From: Eledone cirrhosa
Taxonomy: Eukaryota
Reading direction: 5' to 3'
DNA: 64,000 bases
Assembly (NCBI GenBank): GCA_964016885.1
Contig: OZ024740.1
Location: 418,996,001 to 419,060,000, forward strand
Part shown: positions 57,388 to 64,000 of the stretch, piece after piece
How the letters are laid out: each line of letters starts with the position of its first letter
Numbering within the stretch: the stretch's first letter is position 1
Program-made: the position numbers and the translations under genes
The notes under the pieces: generated by a model
Database searches by the model: none
The model's input: only the letters and a program-made list of their open reading frames with translations
Told to the model about the DNA's origin: nothing

Positions 57388-57510
57388 TTAAATTGCAGTT
57401 GATCTTTCTGGTACCTTGTCAAAAAGATCTTTACCAATTTTACAGAAACCTCATACCTTGCTGCTCCTTAACCATGATAGCTTTCGTTGTTGCTGTTACT
57501 GTCATCATCA

Positions 57511-57652
57511 TCTTGGAAATGACATGAAGGTGATACTGTAGTTCCTTCTAAATCCATATTTTTTAAAACTAAAAAAACAAATCTTGAAGTTAATATTCTA
57601 CCTTGGCGTTCTAGAATGTTGTCAGCACAGAAGAGTCCATCTATAATGAAGA
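57511..57652. repeat. Dispersed duplicated segment, copy 1 (paralog at 62247-62393)
   Basis: Shares GTAGTTCCTTCTAA and CTTGAAGTTA-TATTCTACCTTGG-GTTCTAGAATGTTGTCAGCACAGAAGAGT...TATAATGAAGA with copy 2. Confidence 0.85.
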
Positions 57653-57886
57653 TCAAGGAACAGAAGGGTAGTAAGATGAGTAGTTCTCACATCTCTAAAT
57701 GTTGTTAAATCATTGTTTCAAGGTATTTGTGGAGGACGAAGAATGATCAACAAGATCTCAGACCTTACTTACTGAGTGGGGAAAAGCTTGTCAAGTTGGA
57801 CAAAGGAAACAAAGTTTACCTTGGTCTTTCCATTTGGCTTCCCCAATATCTGACATGGTTTAGCCCTTCGAATTTCAGGCACAACA

Positions 57887-58014
57887 CATTTTTTCCAGCT
57901 GAGTAGACTGGAGCAACATGAAATAAAGTGTCTTGCTCAAGGACACAACACACTGCTGGTAATGAAACTCACATCCTCACAATCTGAATACCCTAACCAC
58001 AAAGCCACACACCT
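57887..58014 (-). mobile_element. tRNA-derived SINE, family B (CORE-like central domain), degraded
   Basis: Minus strand reads TGGCTTTGTGGTTAGG (A-box-like) then TGTGTTGTGTCCTTGAGCAAGACACTTTATTTCATGTTGCTCCAGTCTACTCAGCTG. Homologous to the 60350-60582 copy. Confidence 0.75.
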
Positions 58015-58473
58015 TTACACTGTGGAGGTTCCCTATCTAAACTATAATAAAGTAAGGAGTGCGGGACTGTGTCCAGAATATATTTTTTTATCCTGTTAGT
58101 AAAATAAGTTGGATTACTTTGAATAAATAATGAATGAATATTACATAATTTATCTACTAAATTTTCGTTATTCTTGATTAAATATAAATAATATTGTTGC
58201 TTATTTTAAGATTCACTTCTTTAAAATTTTCAAATGTCAAAACTTCCGGTTAGCGATCGCTTAAATAAACATTCATATATTTCCATCACTAATTTTCTCC
58301 TAATGCAGTTTATATATAATATCTTTTTTTAATGTATCATGGATTACGTTACTGATTACATAAGACAGTGTAACGCAGTCTTTGTTAAATTTCTGTGTAT
58401 ATTGTCAATTACGATTTTATTTGATGTATCATATCTACATGTATATATACTTGCATATAATATCAATATACAC

Positions 58474-58531
58474 ATTACACAAGCTAGCAGAAAACCACCC
58501 GAAGGGTGGTTTTTCTGCTAGTTTATGTAAT
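58474..58531. repeat. Near-perfect hairpin/palindrome (27-28 bp arms, GAA loop)
   Basis: ATTACACAAGCTAGCAGAAAACCACCC-GAA-GGGTGGTTTTTCTGCTAGTTTATGTAAT. Confidence 0.9.
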
Positions 58532-58718
58532 AAATTTATGGAAATATCATAGTTCTGTGGTAGTAGATAATTTCTAAATGTTATATATTAAACTCTGAAC
58601 TTTTATTAAGACATGAACCAATCCTTACATTTATCTGACTTTTGTGGGTTTTATAATTTTGTTATTTATTTATTTTGTTGAAATAAATATAATAGATAAC
58701 ATTGTCATTTATTATCTA

Positions 58719-58904
58719 GGTGGATTGGCAGTATCGGTAGAGGGTCGGACGCCATGCTTTCCAGCATAGTTACGTCCCTTTACGATCTGAGTTCAAATCC
58801 CGCCGAGGTTGACTTTGCCTTTCATCCTTACGGGGTCGATAAAATAAAGTACCAGTAATGCACTGGATAATTGCTGGCCTTGTGCCTAAAGTAGAAACAA
58901 TTAT
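58719..58904 (+). mobile_element. tRNA-derived SINE, family A, copy 2
   Basis: A-box TGGCAGTATCGGTAG, B-box GAGTTCAAATCCC, and the same body and tail as copies 1 and 3. Confidence 0.9.
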
Positions 58905-58929
58905 CTATTGTGACCAAAGACATTGCCTT

Positions 58930-58965
<36 letters not shown>

Positions 58966-58981
58966 CATGTGTATATATGTG

Positions 58982-59013
<32 letters not shown>

Positions 59014-59308
59014 TGTGTGTATATATATATATATGTGTGTGTGTATATGTGTGTGTGTATATATATATGTATGTATATATATATATATATATGTGTGTGT
59101 ATATATATATGTGTGTGTGTATATATATATGTGTGTGTATATATATATGTGTGTGTGTGTATATATATAAATATGTGTGTGTATATATATATGTGTGTGT
59201 GCATATATGTGTGTGTGTGTGTATATATATATATATGTGCCATTTCATCAAACATTTTATCTTGATGCTATACATACATATATACATGTATACATATATA
59301 TATACATG
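58930..59308. repeat. Compound (TA)n/(TG)n microsatellite with a short interruption followed by (TACA/TA)n
   Basis: Read directly; it explains the YIYICVCV / HTHTYI ORFs. Confidence 0.97.
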
Positions 59309-59921
59309 CATCATCATCATCATCACCGTTTTACATCTGTTCTTCCATGCTAGCATGGGTTAGACGAGTTGTCCTGTTGTGGGCAGTGTCTGGTCGGCTG
59401 ACCATGCCTTGCTCATACAGGAACTGATTTTGGCTTGGTTTTTACAGCTGGATGCCCTTCCTAACACCAACCTCATTTACAGTGAGTGCTGGGTGCTTTT
59501 CCCGTGGCGCCTACACGTCCACTTTACAGTGTGGGCTGGGTGCTTTTTTGCCATGGCACCTCCATGACCACCTTGCAGTGGGAGGCTGTGGGGGCATATT
59601 GTCTATATGCTTCAGCTTGTACCCATGGGAGGTCGGGTACTCTGTATTACTGCGTGACGCCAGAGGTCACAGTCATGTGTCATCGTCTTTGAGAGGTGTA
59701 ATTGGGTAAGGTCGGCTTTTATCACCTCATCCCAGGTCTTCTTGGGTCTCCCCACTCTGCGGTTTCCATTGACTTCTAGTACTCTAAACCTTTTTATGCA
59801 GCTGTCATCCTTCATACGCATCACATGTCCATTACAACACAACCGCCTCTCCTGCACACAGCATTTGATTTCTCTTATGCTCAGTCTCTCTCTCAATTCC
59901 TTTATGCTTTGTCGTTCACAC
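59309..59921 (-). mobile_element. 5'-truncated RTE-clade LINE fragment (end of ORF, 3' UTR and (GAT)n tail)
   Basis: Minus-strand translation ELRERLSIREIKCCVQERRLCCNGHVMRMKDDSCIKR...RRVGRPKKTWDEVIKADL matches the RTE C-terminal motifs RRLRW.GHV.RM and GRP+.TW. The (CAT)n tail is at 59309-59325. Paralogous to 63393-64000. Confidence 0.88.
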
Positions 59922-59984
59922 GTATATATATGCATATATATATATATATATACATATATACATGCATACATACATATATATATA
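59922..59984. repeat. (TA)n/(TACA)n microsatellite
   Basis: Read directly. Confidence 0.92.
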
Positions 59985-60349
59985 CTAATGACATAGCTGC
60001 CTGTTTCTGGTTATGTTAATACATGAATAAAGTATAAATTTATTATACTTTATTATAGAGCATAATTTGGAGAAGGGGAGAGGGTCGTGTGGAAGAGTGT
60101 TGGGTGGAGGTAATAGAAGTAGGAGTGGGTATCAGGAGGAGAGGGGGGGGGATATTTTAAGGCAGATCATCAAGAAAACCACCAGGGAAAAGAAATCTCT
60201 CCCTATCAATGTATCATTTTCAAGGGGCCAGCATTAGATATATCTCAAGGGGACTCTAATTATAAAGTATAAAGTATAAAGTAATAAGTATAAAGTCCTG
60301 GAAATATTGACAACCAGAATGTGAGTGTTGAAAACATATATCTAATGTC

Positions 60350-60582
60350 TGTCTCAAGCCCAGAGGCATATCAGACTGGTGCTTATCTCGGTTTCTATTG
60401 CATGAAGTGACTGAGAATACAAGACTCCCCTCCTGGACACTGGTACTCATTTTCGGCCGAGTACACTGGAGCAATGTGAAATGAAGTGTTTTGCTCATGA
60501 ACACAACACAATCCAGTCCAGGAATTGAACCCATAACATAATGATGCTAAGCCCAACACACTTACCACTAAACCATGTGCCT
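60350..60582 (-). mobile_element. tRNA-derived SINE, family B (CORE-like central domain)
   Basis: Minus strand: A-box TGGTTTAGTGG, B-box GGTTCAATTCC, then TGTGTTGTGTTCATGAGCAAAACACTTCATTTCACATTGCTCCAGTGTACTCGGC. The 3' limit is approximate. Confidence 0.82.
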
Positions 60583-61520
60583 ATTTACATATGAAAATAT
60601 ATGTAAATTTTCTTAATATTTGGGAATGAATGATAAAGAGATATGCTAATAAATACATTACCAAAACACCAGCTCTTATACTAACACAGAATATGATACT
60701 ATTAAAACTTCTATACACTGGTCACATATTGTGAAAATTGCTCTGAGTACAATAGAGCAACAAAAATAAAGCAAAACACTGCATGTATTTAAAACATACA
60801 TAATTACACTGTCACATAGTTTATTGGATAATAAATAAGTTATGTACACCCTTAGCTTATTACAACATATGCTCTAGTTCTCTTTATCTTGTTAAATGAT
60901 GTAAAACTCATTCCATTTATTTTATTTGTAAGCTCATTGCTGTAGTTCCATTGAACATTTCCACATGAAGCTGTTACGTTTTTCTGTATTTTGAATGTAG
61001 TATTTACCTGTGACATTTTGAAAGTAAATCACTGCAGACATCTAAGGCATACAGGATTACAGTCAGTTATGCAAAGAAAGCATGAAATAAGAATAAAACT
61101 ACTGAAATAAAAGGAAATAAATTATCAAGCATACAGTACAGTTTTGTATTAAACAATTTATTTGACTAATTCTCCATATTAGACAGTCTTCATAGAAATA
61201 TTTTGATGTTAAACACTCTTGACATAGCATTGTAAAAATACTGGTTATCAGATATTCTTCAGATTTTGCTCTCATTCAAGTTTATCGCGTCACTTCATTT
61301 AAGATTATTACATCAGTGTCTTAGTTTTCTTTGGTTATGAACTTTCTACCCATGAGTGCACAGCCTTCACATAACTGCTCCTATATATGGAATGCTGTTG
61401 CTGCCTATACAATCAAGACCACATTAAAAAGAAGCCACACAACACTCAGTAATACCCTTCCATCTCTAGTCCATCCATGAATGCACTCTCTCCTTATTAC
61501 TCTGTCTTTCCTCCATTATT

Positions 61521-61710
61521 GTGGATTGGCAGTATCGGTAGAGGGTCGGACGCCATGCTTTGCAGCAAAATAGTTACAGCCCTTTATGGTCTGAGTTCAA
61601 ATCCCACCGAGGTTAACTTTGCCTTTCAACCTTACGGGGTCGATAACATAAAGTACCAGTAATGCACTGGGATAATTGCTGGCCTTGTGCCAAAAGTAGA
61701 AACAATTATT
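61521..61710 (+). mobile_element. tRNA-derived SINE, family A, copy 3
   Basis: GTGGATTGGCAGTATCGGTAGAGGGTCGGACGCCATGCTTT...GAGTTCAAATCCC...AATTGCTGGCCTTGTGCCAAAAGTAGAAACAATTATT. Confidence 0.9.
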
Positions 61711-62025
61711 ACAATTACCTCCCTTCTTCAGAGATAGTTGGTCACATACCATCTTCATTGAAACTCACCTAACACATTCATTTTTCTTCCTTTTGTGATC
61801 TATATCATGTATGTGTGTAGCTTGATAACGTCTGTCTTCCCCATTAGTGGTTATTGAGGTCTGGTTGGGTAAGCTGAATTTGAGAGAATAGATGGTCTGC
61901 GTGTGATTTGACAAATTTGGGTGAGTAGAGTTTTGGTAGGAGGCCAGAAGTCTTGGATAGAGTTTGGCGTTCATTTTGGGGTATTTGCTGAGGATGAGTA
62001 GACTGATTGGAGCAATAACAATCCC

Positions 62026-62135
<110 letters not shown>

Positions 62136-62246
62136 CAACATACCACTAACCATTTTGCTCAATTCTTCCTCCCCAGAGCATCTGTCCTCAGGAAATTTTT
62201 TCCCTACTCCTGTTATTCCTACAACCATCAACTTGCAATTATTCAG

Positions 62247-62393
62247 TCTTGGAGTCTATGTGAAGGCCATGCAGTAGTTCCTTCTAATTAATCCATTTTT
62301 TATTTTTTAACTAAAAGATAAACCTTGAAGTTAGTATTCTACCTTGGAGTTCTAGAATGTTGTCAGCACAGAAGAGTTTGAATATAATGAAGA
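62247..62393. repeat. Dispersed duplicated segment, copy 2 (paralog at 57511-57652)
   Basis: See copy 1; same orientation, offset ~4.74 kb. Confidence 0.85.
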
Positions 62394-62458
62394 CAGAAGA
62401 AAAAGAAGAAATAGCAGCTAAACCTTCATTATTTTTAACCTGCTTTGACAAGCTCTTC

Positions 62459-62967
62459 ATATGATATAACCTCACAAGGTTTAGAGAATAAACAAAACAA
62501 TATCAAAAACATTTAACATAAGAGCAACCAATTAGATTTAATAGAGAGGTTGCCCAGTACTCCTCGTGACGCTGCTGTCTTTTGCTCTGGTGTTGGCTCG
62601 GTTGTTCACCCCTTCCTTTACATTTTCTTTAATATTGCAACATTAAAGGAATATATCCTTCTGAAAGAATCGCGAGCAATTTATAATGTTATCTAAGCAT
62701 TCGTAATGTTATTTATGTATATATTTAAAACATATTTGTTATGTTATTCTACTGTAAATTTATTTATATGCTTTGTATATATAAAAAATGCATGTTATAC
62801 AGACGGAATTTTTTTAAAAAGCCATGTAAGACTATATATTTGTGATTTCTATGTCTTAAGATTCCAGTGAACGGGTTTATGTACAATTTATTTAAATCTA
62901 ATTGCTTGCTGATATGTGAAATGATTTTTGATATTGTTTTGATAAACCTTGTGAGCTTAAATCACAT
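62459..62967. mobile_element. Diverged long inverted repeat (~80-bp arms at 62459-62541 and 62892-62967); MITE/foldback-like or local inverted duplication
   Basis: Left arm CTCACAAGGTTTA...CAAAACAATATCAAAAACATTTAACATAAGAGCAACCAATTAGATTTAA is the reverse complement, with mismatches, of TTAAATCTAATTGCTTGCTGATATGTGAAATGATTTTTGATATTGTTTTGATAAACCTTGTGAG. No TSD identified. Confidence 0.6.
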
Positions 62968-63172
62968 TTATATCTTATTTATTCTATGTAAGTTTGCTGA
63001 AGATATACAGTTTGTATGAAACATATATGATGTAGTTAATTGTTGATTAATAATTTCCTGTTGTTCTACAAATGCATGTGACATTATAACCATAGAAATG
63101 AAGGAATAAAAATATATAATTTCATATCCTTGAGTTTTTTCATATCCTTGAGCTTTTTCATATATATATATT

Positions 63173-63307
63173 TATTTATTAAACTAACAGATTAAAGTTT
63201 AAGCAAAGAATCGCTGCTTTCACCCTTAGTGGGATCTTCTGAAGATCCCATTAAGGGTGAAACCAGCAATTTTTTGCTTAAACTTTAATCTGTTATTTTA
63301 ATAAATA
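63173..63307. repeat. 135-bp near-perfect palindrome centred on T63240 (67-bp arms, ~5 mismatches)
   Basis: ...TTTCACCCTTAGTGGGATCTTC-T-GAAGATCCCATTAAGGGTGAAA...; the arms pair out to TATTTATT/AATAAATA. Confidence 0.95.
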
Positions 63308-63392
63308 TTTGCTCTAGAGTATATATTTGATATATATTTTCCTTATCGAGCCCTCTTTGGATTTTAGTCTTCCCATTTATTATTATTACTAT

Positions 63393-64000
63393 ATCATCAT
63401 CATTGTTTAACGTCCATCTTCCACGCTTGCATGGGTTTGGACGGGAGTTTTCCCACTTGAGGCAAGATTGGTTGTCCTGCTCGTATAGGACTGTCTGGCG
63501 GGTTTTCTACGGCTGGATGCCCTTCCTAACACCAACCACGTTTACAGTGTGGACTGGGAGGTTTTTACCGTGTTACCTACACGGCCACATTACAGCGTGG
63601 ACTGTGTGTTTTTTTTCGTGACACCTACACGACCACATTTATTTCGGACTGGATGTTGTGGTACCAACATAACTTTACATCGAAAGGGGTGGTGTGGATG
63701 GGGTGGGCGTCGTGGGACGGGGGTGTATTTTTGTTAGAGGTGCCTACTGACTGTAGCTTTGTTCTTGGGCAAAGCGGGTCTTCTGTATTACTGTGTAGCG
63801 CCAAAGATCTCGGTCCAGTGACATTGTCTTGGAGAGGTGTAAGTGTGTGAGGTCGGAATTTATCAAGTCGTCCCAGTTTTTTCTGGGTCTGCCTACTCCG
63901 TGGCTACTGTCTATTTTTATCGCCCTGCACTTTTTTATACAGCTGTCGTCTTTCATGCGCATCACGTGATCATACCAACGTAGTCTTCTCTCAAGTAAAC
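63393..64000 (-). mobile_element. RTE-clade LINE 3' portion (continues beyond the window)
   Basis: Minus-strand translation LLERRLRWYDHVMRMKDDSCIKKCRAIKIDSSHGVGRPRKNWDDLINSDL. Shares the 3' UTR motif GCTGGATGCCCTTCCTAACACCAACC (+ strand) and the (CAT)n tail with 59309-59921. Confidence 0.9.

Noticed and set aside
58243-58260. ETS-like ACTTCCGG and GCGATCGC as a promoter
   Set aside because: These are short motifs with no supported downstream gene or transcript evidence.
58486-58516. Rho-independent terminator (GC stem plus T run)
   Set aside because: The context is eukaryotic, and the T run is simply part of a longer palindrome arm.
58719-58810. tRNA genes at the A-box/B-box motifs (also 56151, 61521, 60582)
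   Set aside because: No cloverleaf can be formed, the box spacing is irregular, and each is followed by a shared SINE body.
58858-59363. ORFs rich in YI/CV/HT
   Set aside because: These are translations of the (TA)n/(TG)n microsatellite.
60499-60508. GAACACAACA in SINE family B matching the satellite minus strand (SINE origin of the satellite)
   Set aside because: The match is only 10 bp of low complexity, the flanks do not align, and the other copy reads GGACACAACA.
63119-63162. 18-bp direct repeat TTTCATATCCTTGAG x2
   Set aside because: An ordinary local slippage duplication with no further structure.

Overview
This is eukaryotic, AT-rich genomic DNA, and I can support no intact protein-coding gene in it. 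Positions 1 to ~55,884 (87% of the window) are one uninterrupted, same-orientation tandem array. Its monomer is 24 bp (AACCTAACTGTTGTGTTCTCAYCC), interspersed with a 22-bp variant (AACCTAACTGAAGTTCTCAYCC). Almost every unit carries a CCTAA (TTAGG) pentamer on the C-rich + strand. Rare variants reveal nested multi-kb duplications (7063, 4942 and 4437 bp near-identical, plus older ~3.8, ~4.4, ~1.7 kb and ~19.8 kb-offset copies). All the long ORFs in this region are artefacts of the 24-bp period. The array decays over about three units into ~8 kb of repeat-rich flank. The flank holds two tRNA-derived SINE families, two 3' fragments of RTE-clade LINEs, a TTAA-flanked piggyBac-like MITE, microsatellites, several hairpins/inverted repeats and possible pseudo-exon remnants. 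From memory, the SINE and MITE sequences resemble octopus (coleoid cephalopod) repeats; this is not verified. The most interesting hypothesis is a telomere-oriented, TTAGG-containing long-unit terminal/subterminal repeat maintained by recombination. The window alone cannot establish chromosomal position.
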